DNA of 64,000 nucleotides from Candidatus Euphemobacter frigidus (GTDB taxonomy: Bacteria > Auribacterota > Erginobacteria > Erginobacterales > Erginobacteraceae): assembly GCA_030765805.1 (NCBI GenBank), contig JAVCDH010000091.1:19047-83046 (forward strand). The letters run 5' to 3'. The translations under genes were made by a program, and so were the position numbers. Below, one piece after another: positions 18,469 to 27,784 of the stretch; position 1 is the first letter of the stretch, and each line of letters opens with the position of its first letter. The notes under the pieces were generated by a model that saw only the letters and a program-made list of their open reading frames with translations, did not search any database and was not told the DNA's origin.

Positions 18469-18933
18469 TCAAATAATGGGCCGGGGTGGCAGAGAGAGAA
18501 GTTCATCAAGAATCCGGAGGGCGCTCTCTGCGTTGGATGCCGGGCGCATCCCCCGAATATCCCAGGTCTGGATGCCGATCACCGGTTTGCCGAAATTGAG
18601 AGCGTACGCGATCTCGGTCAGCGTCCCGTGACTGCCGTCAATGGCAATGACGGCTTCTCCCGCCAGCGCTACGATCGCATTCCGGGCCAGGCCGATCCCG
18701 GTGGGGATGGGGATATCCACGTGAGCATTGGCCGCCTCCGCCCTGCTTCCCGGGAGGATGCCCACGGTACAGCCCCCGGCGGTCTTGGCGCCACGGCAGA
18801 CCGCCTCCATAACCCCACCCAGTCCACCGCAGACCACCGTCAGCCCGCGCCGGGCCAGACCGCGGCCGAGTTCCTCGGCCTCCCGCAGCATCTCACGCGA
18901 GGCTCGGTTGCCGCCGATTACGCTGATCAGCAT
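18469..18933 (-). CDS. TIGR00725-type LOG/SLOG family protein
   Basis: ISVIGG, VCGGLGGVMEA..RGAK..GG.TVGILPG, ARN, GTL.EI. Confidence 0.85.
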   Translation of the reverse strand: MLISVIGGNRASREMLREAEELGRGLARRGLTVVCGGLGGVMEAVCRGAKTAGGCTVGILPGSRAEAANAHVDIPIPTGIGLARNAIVALAGEAVIAIDGSHGTLTEIAYALNFGKPVIGIQTWDIRGMRPASNAESALRILDELLSLPPRPII

Positions 18934-18935
18934 CT

Positions 18936-19739
18936 TTAATCGTTGTCGGACTCGATGGTTGAGGTGATAACTTCCAGCCGCTCGGTCTTGATCTTCTCTT
19001 CCCGGGAACCATCGGTGGTGGGGATGTTTATGATCGAAGTCCCATCCGGGTTGGTCTCCTTGACCACGCCCACCCGGATTTTGCTGCCGGTCTTCCACCG
19101 GACCAGGTCACCTACTTTAATCTCACTCATCTCTTCTTTCTCCTTTTTTCTCTCCCTCTGCGGGGTGAGTTTTTTTGATGATTTAAATGACTGCCCGATA
19201 TTGAATGAATAGATTATATCGCCCTCGCTCTGAATCCGACGTCCGAACTCCAGGCGAACCTCGTCGTTAGGCCGAACAAACGCCGCTATCATCTGTCCGG
19301 CCGGTTGGTAAACTATCGCCTCCTCTTCGCCCTCTGAATTCAGGATAATGGTTGGGGAGAGATTATTCTTCCGGATCTCCCCCAGGGTTTCGTTTGTCGG
19401 CTCGATCCCCCGCTCTCCATCAGGGGAGTTGAGAAGGATGACGTTAAAGGGGTTCGAGGAAGAATGATATCCCATGCTCTTCTCCCTCTTCAAAAACTGA
19501 AAGTTTCCGTCATTCTTCTCTCCCCGGTCACGGTTGAATACCGCGACCATGATCACATCAGCCTGCCGGTTTCTGACCGCCCCGAAGGTATAATAGCCGG
19601 GAGCGATCAGGTGATCGTTTTGGGCCAGGTATTTTTGTGCTTCATCTCCTCTCAGCAGTGCGGTGGAGCGAGCACAGGCGCAAGTAATGATCGCCGGGAT
19701 GATTATAAGACAGAACTTACTGAATATGATTCTAATCAT
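18936..19739 (-). CDS. Hypothetical protein, possible lipoprotein, with C-terminal KOW/SH3-like segment
   Basis: Hydrophobic N-terminus ending TCAC; C-terminal IKVGDLVRW...GVVKE. Confidence 0.5.
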   Translation of the reverse strand: MIRIIFSKFCLIIIPAIITCACARSTALLRGDEAQKYLAQNDHLIAPGYYTFGAVRNRQADVIMVAVFNRDRGEKNDGNFQFLKREKSMGYHSSSNPFNVILLNSPDGERGIEPTNETLGEIRKNNLSPTIILNSEGEEEAIVYQPAGQMIAAFVRPNDEVRLEFGRRIQSEGDIIYSFNIGQSFKSSKKLTPQRERKKEKEEMSEIKVGDLVRWKTGSKIRVGVVKETNPDGTSIINIPTTDGSREEKIKTERLEVITSTIESDND

Positions 19740-19796
19740 ATTTAATTTTTTCCCGGTATTTTCTTCGACTGACCACACTGAATGACGGAGAACCGC

Positions 19797-20786
19797 TTAC
19801 TTAAGCCAGCTCATCATCGACCGTAGCTTTTCTCCCACCTGTTCGATCAGGTGATTCTTCTGGCTCCGGGCCAGAGCGTTGAAGACCGGGCGACCGGCCC
19901 GGTTCTCTAAAATCCACTCCCGGGCGAACTCACCGGACTGGATCTCGGCCAGCATCTTCTTCATCTCCTTTCGGGTCTCTTCATTGATGATCCGTTTTCC
20001 GCGGGTGAGGTCGCCATACTCCGCGGTATTACTGATCGAGTACCGCATGCCCGCAATCCCATTCTTGTTCATCAGGTCGGTGATCAGTTTGAGTTCATGA
20101 AGACACTCGAAATAAGCGATCTCCGGCTGATAACCGGCCTCAACCAGGGTCTCAAACCCGGCCCGGACCAGTTCGGTCAGACCTCCACAGAGTACCGCCT
20201 GCTCGCCGAAGAGATCGGTCTCGGTCTCTTCGGCGAAGGTGGTCTCGATGACACCGGCGCGGGTTCCGCCGATTCCCCGAGCGTGGGCCAGAGCCAGGTC
20301 TTTAGTTCGGCCGCTGATGTCTTGATAGATCGCGATCAAGCACGGAACTCCGCTTCCTTCAACAAATGTCTCCCTTACCAAGTGGCCCGGTCCCTTGGGG
20401 GCGACCATGTAAACATCTACTTCCGGGGGGGGGACGATCTGCCCGAAGTGGATGTTAAAGCCGTGTGAGAAGGCCAGGGCTTTCCCTTTTTTCATCTCCG
20501 GGGCGATGCAGGAACGGTAGATAGCGGCCTGGACCTCATCCGGGACCAGCATATGGATGATATCGGCTTCTTTAGCCGCATCTTCGGCCAGCCGGGGTTC
20601 AAACCCGTTCTTTACGGCCAGATCGTAATTCTCAGTCCCCGGCAGTTCGGAGACGATAACGTCAACGCCGCTGTCCCGCAGATTCTGGGCCTGGGCGTGC
20701 CCCTGACTCCCGTAACCGATGACCGCGATCTTCTTTCCTTTGAAGATCTCCAGGTCTGCGTCCTTATCATAATACATCTTAACCAT
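19797..20786 (-). CDS. ilvC: Ketol-acid reductoisomerase
   Basis: [53 protein letters not shown]. Confidence 0.97.
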   Translation of the reverse strand: MVKMYYDKDADLEIFKGKKIAVIGYGSQGHAQAQNLRDSGVDVIVSELPGTENYDLAVKNGFEPRLAEDAAKEADIIHMLVPDEVQAAIYRSCIAPEMKKGKALAFSHGFNIHFGQIVPPPEVDVYMVAPKGPGHLVRETFVEGSGVPCLIAIYQDISGRTKDLALAHARGIGGTRAGVIETTFAEETETDLFGEQAVLCGGLTELVRAGFETLVEAGYQPEIAYFECLHELKLITDLMNKNGIAGMRYSISNTAEYGDLTRGKRIINEETRKEMKKMLAEIQSGEFAREWILENRAGRPVFNALARSQKNHLIEQVGEKLRSMMSWLK

Positions 20787-20954
20787 TTTGCTGCCTCCTT
20801 CTTAACATTTTTGCTTTTCCGATTGTATTGGCGCGGAAAGCAAAATCTTTTCATTGTGCGCCAAAGGCGGAACTCCTCAGGCTGAAAATTCTGGAGCAGG
20901 AAGTTATCAAAGGTATAACGATCAGGCAAGGAAGAAGTGTTAAACCCGTTACAA

Positions 20955-21461
20955 TTAAAATTCAATCCCCTTTCGAGCCTGTATTCCTTCCTGATAGGGA
21001 TGTTTAACCTCTCTGATCTCGCTGACATAATCGGCCAAAGAACTGATCTCGGGAGGACAGCCTCTTCCGGTCAGGACCAGCTCGATCTCTGTTGGGCAGA
21101 TCGCGATCAGATCCCGGACCCGGTCGATACTGAGCAGATTCATGTCGAGCGCGACATTGATCTCGTCCAGGATAATCAGATCGGCGGCTTTTTCGTGGAT
21201 TGCCTCCTCCGCCCAGGAAAGACCTTCTTCGGCCCTCTTTCGATCGCTTGCTTTAGCGGTCTCCCGGGTTATGAACTCGTGGGAACCGAATTGCCGCAAT
21301 TGGCAGTTCTCAAAACGGGCTAAAGCGACCAATTCCCCGGAAGGGCTCTGTTTTAGAAACTGGATCAGGCGAACTCGCTTTCCCCATCCCAGGACCCGGA
21401 GAGCGAGACCGATGGCTGCTGTGGTCTTTCCTTTTCCGTTACCGGTGTAAATATGAATCAT
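20955..21461 (-). CDS. cobO: Cob(I)alamin adenosyltransferase CobO/BtuR type
   Basis: YTGNGKGKTTAA.G, QFLK, ILDE, ELVLTGR, AD.VSE, KHPY..G..AR.GIEF. Confidence 0.9.
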   Translation of the reverse strand: MIHIYTGNGKGKTTAAIGLALRVLGWGKRVRLIQFLKQSPSGELVALARFENCQLRQFGSHEFITRETAKASDRKRAEEGLSWAEEAIHEKAADLIILDEINVALDMNLLSIDRVRDLIAICPTEIELVLTGRGCPPEISSLADYVSEIREVKHPYQEGIQARKGIEF

Positions 21462-21463
21462 AT

Positions 21464-21574
21464 AAATTAGCTCCGCCCCTGGCGGGGCAAATTTGGGTAA
21501 TAGGGATTAGGTAATAGGGATTGGTTTACCTAATTCCTATAAAATGTTGCCTATTCAATAGTTTTATTTAAATT
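21464..21574 (+). repeat. Dispersed ~110-bp repeat, copy A (palindrome + heptamer array + AT-rich tail)
   Basis: By hand alignment it matches the reverse complement of 37911-38020 with 11 mismatches and 1 gap. Confidence 0.9.
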
Positions 21575-21609
21575 CCGATACAGGAACTTAGCTCCCTCCT
21601 GTCGCAAAT

Positions 21610-22164
21610 TTATATTCTGTATTTTTCCACGCCTTCCCGGTAAAGATCACGACCCCGGCAGTCGATTGCCACGATCACCGGGAAGTCTTCCACTTCCAGT
21701 CGGAGGACCGCTTCCGGACCCAGATCTTCATAAGCGCCTATCTCCGCTTTTTTTATCTGTCGGGAAAGAAGAACCGCGGTCCCACCGGTTGCGGCAAAGT
21801 AAACGGCACTGTACTTCTCTATTGCCTTAATAATAGACTTTCCCCGGGGGCCTTTCCCGATCATTCCTTTCAAGCCGGCCTGGAGCAGCGGAACTGTATA
21901 AGGGTCCATCCGATATGAAGTGGTCGGTCCGGCCGGCCCGATCACCTCCCCCGGCCGGGCCGGAGCGGGCCCGGTATAGTAAATAATCTGACCCCGGAGA
22001 TCGATTGGCAGTTCTCTCCTGGCTTGAAGAAGATTCATGAAGCGCTTGTGGGCCGCATCTCGGGCGGCGTAGATTGTACCCTGGAGCAAGACTGAGTCCC
22101 CGATTCGCAGTGAGGCAATGTCGGATTCAGAGAGCGGCGTTGAGATGATAATGGGAGCGGACAT
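21610..22164 (-). CDS. Fe-S hydro-lyase (fumarate hydratase class I) beta subunit
   Basis: ARDAAHKR, GPTTS.RM, MIGKG, DLGPEA. Confidence 0.9.
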   Translation of the reverse strand: MSAPIIISTPLSESDIASLRIGDSVLLQGTIYAARDAAHKRFMNLLQARRELPIDLRGQIIYYTGPAPARPGEVIGPAGPTTSYRMDPYTVPLLQAGLKGMIGKGPRGKSIIKAIEKYSAVYFAATGGTAVLLSRQIKKAEIGAYEDLGPEAVLRLEVEDFPVIVAIDCRGRDLYREGVEKYRI

Positions 22165-22353
22165 TATTATCTGATCTATTCTTTTTCTTCGTGTTAAAGA
22201 TCAAGATCAAAGATTTAGATATCCTGAATATAGTCGTAGGGGCCGGCCGGGTCAAGATTGAAAACAAGGGTGCACTTCCGGATCTTCATGTTAAACTGGT
22301 AAATTCGGGATTTAATCACTTTAGAATATTTTAGCTCACTCTCGATAACGCCC

Positions 22354-23499
22354 ATGCCTATAATAGTATATATAGTTCTTGCACTCTACACCCTGGCTAA
22401 TATCTACCTTTATTTACGGTTTCGGCTCGTGTTTCCGAAGGGCCGCGGCTATCGGGGCGCGCTCGCGGTTGTCTTCTTAATCCTCTATTTCAGTTACCTG
22501 GGGGCAGAACTCAGCAAACCCATTCTCACCCCCGGACTGGTAGCGGCACTCCACTGGACCGGCTCGTGGTGGATCGGCTTTTTATTCTATACGACGATTA
22601 TCCTGCTCCTGATCGATCTGGTCCGGCTGGCGGCCCGTCTTCTTCATCTCTTTCCTGCCGGTCGCCACCATCTACCCCGATCAATCCGTCGGTATGGGCC
22701 GGTGATAGTGGCGGTAGGGGTAATCATCCTGCTATGGGCCGGCTACTTGAATGCCCGGGATCTCCAGGTGACGACGCTGCGTCTGCGGTTAAGACAATCC
22801 TGCGGAAACATGAAAAGATTGAACCTGGTATTCCTCTCCGATCTTCACCTGGGGGTGACGGTGAACAGTGCGTTTTTAAAGCGAGCCATCTTTCAAGTAA
22901 ACAGTCTGAAACCCGATCTGGTACTGCTGGTCGGTGATATCGTGGATATGGATATCCGGGAGATAGATGAGATGGGGTGCGGGAGGTTACTTTCCCGGAT
23001 CCGGGCTCCCCTCGGAGTCTATGCGGTCACCGGCAATCATGAGTATATTACCGGGGAGGAGGAGTCGGTGTCTTATCTTTCGGGAGTCGGCATTACTTTT
23101 CTTCGGGACCGGGTAATCAAGATAAACAATAGTTTCTATTTGGCCGGGAGGGAGGACCTCAGTAGCATTCGAAGAGGCGGGGAAAAGAGAAGTCTCCGTT
23201 CTGTTTTGCGCGGGTTGGATCCCGGCTGTCCCATAATTCTAATGGACCATCGGCCGGCCCGGATCGATGAAGCGGTGGAGGAAGGGGTCGATCTCCTCCT
23301 CTGCGGCCACACGCATCACGGCCAGCTCTTCCCACTCAATCTGCTCACAGGCATCTTTTACCCGGTGAGTTGGGGATATGTACGCCAGGGAGAGACCCAG
23401 GTCTATGTCTCCAGCGGCGCGGGGACCTGGGGCCCCCCCGTCCGGATCGGCAATATTCCGGAGATCGTGGAGATAAAAATCGAATTTGGAGGAACTTAA
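22354..23499 (+). CDS. Membrane-anchored metallophosphoesterase
   Basis: SDLHLG, GDIVD, GNHEY, GHTHHGQ; N-terminal TM helices. Confidence 0.9.
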   Translation: MPIIVYIVLALYTLANIYLYLRFRLVFPKGRGYRGALAVVFLILYFSYLGAELSKPILTPGLVAALHWTGSWWIGFLFYTTIILLLIDLVRLAARLLHLFPAGRHHLPRSIRRYGPVIVAVGVIILLWAGYLNARDLQVTTLRLRLRQSCGNMKRLNLVFLSDLHLGVTVNSAFLKRAIFQVNSLKPDLVLLVGDIVDMDIREIDEMGCGRLLSRIRAPLGVYAVTGNHEYITGEEESVSYLSGVGITFLRDRVIKINNSFYLAGREDLSSIRRGGEKRSLRSVLRGLDPGCPIILMDHRPARIDEAVEEGVDLLLCGHTHHGQLFPLNLLTGIFYPVSWGYVRQGETQVYVSSGAGTWGPPVRIGNIPEIVEIKIEFGGT

Positions 23500-23525
23500 C
23501 TTCGGGAGTTTTACACCGTGGCAAC

Positions 23526-23909
23526 TTAGCGGTAATGGCCCGGGATCCATCTTCCCTTGGGGCTGTAATGACCGGGGGCCCACTTCCCCTTTCCGTGGGG
23601 GGCCCAGCGTCCGGTGTGCCATTTCCCGTCCCTCCAGTTTCCTTTAACCCAGATCTTGCCCACTGGAGTGGATCCGACCGGATTCCAGTACCCCGGAACC
23701 CACAAGGCCCCGTCCAGCCGCCCGGCGACCCAGACGAAACCGGGTTTTCTGGCCGGGCGCCAATGTCCCGGAATGACCGTAGCGTTGGCCAGTGTGTGTT
23801 CCGGCACCCAGACCCGGTCCGCCGCATCGGCACTGCCAGGCCCGTAGAAGAGAGCCGCCGCGGCGCAGACCGTCACCGCGGCGATCATGCAGATAAATGT
23901 CGTTTTCAT
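23526..23909 (-). CDS. Secreted WxxGxW (YXWGXW-like) repeat protein
   Basis: Signal peptide followed by WVPGYW, WVKGNW, WHTGRW, WAPGHY, WIPGHY. Confidence 0.7.
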   Translation of the reverse strand: MKTTFICMIAAVTVCAAAALFYGPGSADAADRVWVPEHTLANATVIPGHWRPARKPGFVWVAGRLDGALWVPGYWNPVGSTPVGKIWVKGNWRDGKWHTGRWAPHGKGKWAPGHYSPKGRWIPGHYR

Positions 23910-24041
23910 TTTCGTCTTCCTTCCCTATAATTTAAGTCCGCCCGTTTTACGGGCAGTTAACTGACTGCTTCGGAATTTTCCCGAAATAATCGGAATCCCG
24001 ATTTCATTATCTTCTAAAATAATTAAGATATCGGGACAATA

Positions 24042-24133
24042 AACCGCGGATTAAATGCCAGTCCGGCAGAGCCGCCTGGTCTGACGGAGATTATTTTTTC
24101 TTTAAATCAGCATAATCCGCTAAATCCGCGGTT
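24042..24133. repeat. Inverted repeat with a 9-nt-period arm and an internal GC hairpin
   Basis: AACCGCGGATT (24042-52) and AATCAGCAT AATCCGCTA AATCCGCGGTT (24105-33). Confidence 0.65.
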
Positions 24134-24259
24134 AAATAAGTTGCCCGAAGTGAGGGCTAAGTTCTTGTGAACAAGTTAAAGTAATCAGTAATGGCCGAAT
24201 AAAGATTGGGATATTATGTTATTATACCTGAAACGTTATAAGGAGAAAAAGGTTTAACA

Positions 24260-25351
24260 ATGAAAGATAGACGACAAGTAAGATTGGCCCGGATCCTGGT
24301 GGATTATTCAGCGGAAGTGAAGAAAGGTGATATCGTGCTGGTGGAATATTCCGACGGTACGCCGCTGGAGTTCATCCGTGAGATACAGACTGCCTGTCTG
24401 GAGCGCGGAGCGAAATATGTGAAGTTAAACTATGCGAACTCCGACCTTGCTTTTAACTTTTATCGTCGGGCTCACCCTCAGCAACTGCACTATTTCCCCG
24501 TCCATGAGCTTCAATTCATGAAGTCGGTGAACGCCTATATCGGGGTCGGGTCCCCCTGGAACAACAAGACCCTGAGCGCGATCCCCGGGGAGATCCTGAG
24601 TGCCCGTCAGCGGCTGCTTAAACCGATTCAAGCCCGGCGGGTTGACCACACCCGGTGGGTGATCACCCGGTATCCCACTCATAGCCAGGCTCAGGACGCC
24701 GGGATGAGCTTTGAGGATTTCGAAGATTTTTACTTCCGGGCCTGCAATATCGACTGGAGGAAGGAATCGAGCCGACAGCAGAAGTTAAAGCTGCTGCTGG
24801 GCAGAACCAAAACCGTCCGGCTGGTCGCTCCCGATACCGATATAACCCTCTCCATCGTCGGGATGCCTGCTATCAAGTGTGACGGCAAAAGGAACATGCC
24901 CGACGGAGAGGTCTTCACCGCTCCGCTCCTCCATTCCGCGGAGGGGCATATACGTTATAATGTTCCTTCCCTCTACCAGGGGAAGTTTTTCTCCGGCGTC
25001 TACTTTGAGTTCAAGAAGGGTAAGATTGTTGCGGCTCGCGCTGACCAGGGGGAGGAGCACCTGGAGACCCTGTTAAATACGGACCGGGGAGCCCGATTTA
25101 TCGGGGAGTTCGCCTTCGGCTTGAACAAGAAGATCCGCCGCCCGATCCTCTCCACCCTCTTCGATGAGAAGATCGCCGGCTCCATTCACCTCACCCCGGG
25201 GAAGGCATACCGGGAGTGTGATAACGGGAACAGCTCCGCCATCCACTGGGATCTGGTCCGGATCATGAAGGACGGAGAGATCTATCTGGACGGCAAGCTC
25301 GTCCAGAAGGGGGGGAAGTTTGTCCTCCCCGAACTCAAGCCGCTGAACTAA
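24260..25351 (+). CDS. Aminopeptidase, M29 (AmpS/aminopeptidase T) family
   Basis: NMPDGEVFTAP, IGEFAFG, LFDEKI.G.IH...G.AY, SAIHWD. Confidence 0.9.
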   Translation: MKDRRQVRLARILVDYSAEVKKGDIVLVEYSDGTPLEFIREIQTACLERGAKYVKLNYANSDLAFNFYRRAHPQQLHYFPVHELQFMKSVNAYIGVGSPWNNKTLSAIPGEILSARQRLLKPIQARRVDHTRWVITRYPTHSQAQDAGMSFEDFEDFYFRACNIDWRKESSRQQKLKLLLGRTKTVRLVAPDTDITLSIVGMPAIKCDGKRNMPDGEVFTAPLLHSAEGHIRYNVPSLYQGKFFSGVYFEFKKGKIVAARADQGEEHLETLLNTDRGARFIGEFAFGLNKKIRRPILSTLFDEKIAGSIHLTPGKAYRECDNGNSSAIHWDLVRIMKDGEIYLDGKLVQKGGKFVLPELKPLN

Positions 25352-25668
25352 CTCACCACGGCGCCCGGTGCGATCGCCCGGTCCATCACCAGGACGGAGA
25401 GTGTCTCTCCATACTGGGCAGCCAGGATCATACCCCGGCTCTCCACCCCGCGGATGGTGGCGGGCTCCAGGTTCTCCACCACCACCAGCTGCTTCCCTTC
25501 CAGTTCTTCCGGCCGGTAATATTTTTTGATTCCGGCAACCAGTGTCCGCTCTTCTCTTCCGAGATCAACCGTGAGGAGATAAAGGCGGTCCGCTTCAGGG
25601 TGAACCTCAACGCGTCTGACCGTTGCCACAACCAGATTAAGTTTTTTAAAGTCATCGATGGTAACCAT
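25348..25668 (-). CDS. tRNA-binding OB-fold protein (MetG C-terminal / CsaA / Trbp111-like)
   Basis: TIDDF.K, HPEADRL, VAGI, NLEP..IRGVES.GMILAA. Confidence 0.88.
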   Translation of the reverse strand: MVTIDDFKKLNLVVATVRRVEVHPEADRLYLLTVDLGREERTLVAGIKKYYRPEELEGKQLVVVENLEPATIRGVESRGMILAAQYGETLSVLVMDRAIAPGAVVS

Positions 25669-25703
25669 GATCTTCTCCTGTTATAATATTATTACCTGTT
25701 CAT

Positions 25704-25735
25704 TCCCGATCCGAATTTCGGGCGACGGATCGGGA
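25704..25735. repeat. 10-bp GC hairpin between divergent genes (REP-like)
   Basis: TCCCGATCCG...CGGATCGGGA. Confidence 0.4.
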
Positions 25736-25780
25736 GGATCCCCTTAAAAAAATACCGCCTCGGAGTATAGTTATTAAACC

Positions 25781-26569
25781 ATGAAGACGGAAGCGGGGAC
25801 AACCGATAATACCTTTCTGGAGACGGCGCTGAGTGCGGTTCGCTCCGCCGGGAGAATTGTTCGTGAAAATATTGACACCGTCTTCCGGGTGGACCATAAG
25901 GGGGCGACCGATCTGGTCACGGAGGTTGATCTGGCCGCGGAGAAGGAGATTATCGCGCAGCTTTCCCGGGCCTTTCCAGAGCACCGGATTGCGGCGGAAG
26001 AGAGCGGCAGGAAAAAAGGGGAGTCGGATTATGTCTGGTGGATTGATCCGATCGACGGCACCACCAACTTTGTCCATGGATATCCCTGTTATTCAATCTC
26101 AGTGGCCCTGGAGTGTCAATCTGAGATCATCCTGGGGATCGTCTACGATCCAACCCGGGATGAATTATTCCAGGCTGTCCGGGGAGAAGGGGCACAACTG
26201 AATGGATGCCCCATCACGGTCTCATCGGTGGAGACACTCTCCGAATCACTCCTGGCAACCGGTTTTCCTTATGACCGGGCTTTACGGGGCCGGGCCCTCT
26301 CGCTCGCGGCCCGGCTTCTTCCCCGGGTTCAAGGGATCCGGCGGGATGGTTCTGCGGCCCGGGACCTGGCCTATGTCGCGGCGGGGCGCCTGGATGGCTT
26401 TTGGGAGTTCGGATTGAAGCCATGGGATACCGCCGCCGGTCGGTTGCTGGTGGAAGAAGCGGGCGGAAGCGTGAGCGACTTTAAGGGAGAAGCGTTCGAT
26501 ATCCACCAGGGAGCGGTCGTGGCCACCAACCGCAGGATTCATGCTGAATTGGTTGCGCTATTGAACTAA
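25781..26569 (+). CDS. suhB: Inositol monophosphatase family protein
   Basis: DLVTE.D, WWIDPIDGTTNF, GSAA.DL, WD.AAG. Confidence 0.88.
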   Translation: MKTEAGTTDNTFLETALSAVRSAGRIVRENIDTVFRVDHKGATDLVTEVDLAAEKEIIAQLSRAFPEHRIAAEESGRKKGESDYVWWIDPIDGTTNFVHGYPCYSISVALECQSEIILGIVYDPTRDELFQAVRGEGAQLNGCPITVSSVETLSESLLATGFPYDRALRGRALSLAARLLPRVQGIRRDGSAARDLAYVAAGRLDGFWEFGLKPWDTAAGRLLVEEAGGSVSDFKGEAFDIHQGAVVATNRRIHAELVALLN

Positions 26570-26632
26570 TTACGGCATTATACGTATTAATTACATGAAT
26601 TTAAAGTATGCTATGCAGGAGAAACGTGTTCC

Positions 26633-27013
26633 ATGAAAAAGAAAGTTCTCGCCTGGAAGGTTCTATTTGCCTTGATGGTTTTCTCTCCCCTGGCCCTCTT
26701 TCCCGCCCCGAGCCGGGCGGCATTGCTGACATCACGGACCTGCTGTCCCGACCGGGACAGCAAGGCGATAAGACTCCACGCCATCGACAACCTGATGACA
26801 AAGGGGATTACCCGGAGACACGCCGAAGAGATCCTAAATTTCCTATTTCCACCGGAAGTTGAGCGGGTGGCTTTATCAGCACCCGGTTGCTTCTACGCCG
26901 GGGGGAGAGAAGGGATCACCGAGTCGTTGGAGTCGAACGAGACGGTGGCGATCGTGATTACGTTGATTATGCTGGCCGTGATAATCGGGGCCGTGGAAGT
27001 GAGCCGGCATTGA
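26633..27013 (+). CDS. PA2779-like exported protein (orphan paralog)
   Basis: Signal peptide, helical core G...AEE.L..L...E, AGG motif before a C-terminal TM helix; resembles 36204-36590. Confidence 0.5.
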   Translation: MKKKVLAWKVLFALMVFSPLALFPAPSRAALLTSRTCCPDRDSKAIRLHAIDNLMTKGITRRHAEEILNFLFPPEVERVALSAPGCFYAGGREGITESLESNETVAIVITLIMLAVIIGAVEVSRH

Positions 27014-27021
27014 CAAGACTG

Positions 27022-27060
27022 TTATTACCCATTTCAGGTATTACCTGAAATGGGTAATAA
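27022..27060. terminator. 19-bp perfect inverted repeat between convergent genes
   Basis: TTATTACCCATTTCAGGTA-T-TACCTGAAATGGGTAATAA. Confidence 0.65.
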
Positions 27061-27080
27061 GCAGCACCACACTATACGGA

Positions 27081-27692
27081 TTACTGATCATCAATAACAT
27101 CTGGCGAACTGCCACCCGGGCCGGCTTTTAGTTCAGCTTTGCGGGCCAGGAGGTGCTTCACATAGACGGAAGTGTCGCCGCCCATCTTCAGCCGGGAGCG
27201 GGCCAGCTTCTTCTCGACTTCCTGGAGGGACATCAGGCGAATCTTCTTGTTCGGCGTGGCTTCCGGCTCCTCTTCCACCTCTTCTCCACCTTCCTCGGAC
27301 GGAGCAACTTCCTCTTCTCCTGCTGCCACGGCAGTTGTTTCTGCCGCTGGGGCTGCTTCTTCCTTCGCCGGAGCTGCTTCTTCCTTCGCCGGGGCCGCTT
27401 CTTCCTTCGCTGGGGCTGTTTCTTCCCCCGCCGGGGCCGTTTCTTCTTCCGCCGGGGCCGTTTCTTCTTCCGCCGGGGCCGCTTCTTCCTTCGCCGGGGC
27501 CGCTTCTTCTTCCGCCCGGGTTGCTTCTTCCTTCGCCGGGGCTTCTTCTTCCTTCGCCGGGGCTTCTTCTTCCTTCGCCGGGGCTTCTTCTTCCTTCGGG
27601 GCTGCTTCTTCAACTACTGGAGCTTCTTTATCAGTCGGCGTAGTTTGAGTTTGATCAGTGGTCTCTTCCATCTCTTTCTTTTCTTTGGTCAT
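27081..27692 (-). CDS. Acidic low-complexity protein with KEEAAPA repeats and a short basic C-terminal domain
   Basis: AGAGGAG RBS upstream, 12 heptapeptide repeats, C-terminal NKKIRLMSL.E..KKL...MGG..S.Y..HL. Confidence 0.7.
   Translation of the reverse strand: MTKEKKEMEETTDQTQTTPTDKEAPVVEEAAPKEEEAPAKEEEAPAKEEEAPAKEEATRAEEEAAPAKEEAAPAEEETAPAEEETAPAGEETAPAKEEAAPAKEEAAPAKEEAAPAAETTAVAAGEEEVAPSEEGGEEVEEEPEATPNKKIRLMSLQEVEKKLARSRLKMGGDTSVYVKHLLARKAELKAGPGGSSPDVIDDQ
27345..27596 (-). repeat. Coding tandem repeat, 12 x 21 bp
   Basis: Units encode (K/E/G)EE(A/E/T)APA-like heptapeptides; 252 bp. Confidence 0.9.
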
Positions 27693-27784
27693 TGCTGTTT
27701 CTCCTCTATGTAATCCTGTTTTTATGTTTGAAGGTTATCCCGGTTTTTTCAGAGGCTCTGATATAATCAGAATAAAGAAGGTTT

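Noticed and set aside
21462..21609. Cobalamin riboswitch upstream of cobO
   Set aside because: The interval is explained by the dispersed repeat and I saw no B12-box.
27153..27713. Arg/Phe-rich, Ser/Ala-rich and Lys/Arg-rich alternative ORFs
   Set aside because: They are other frames of the 21-bp coding repeat; the acidic frame has the RBS.
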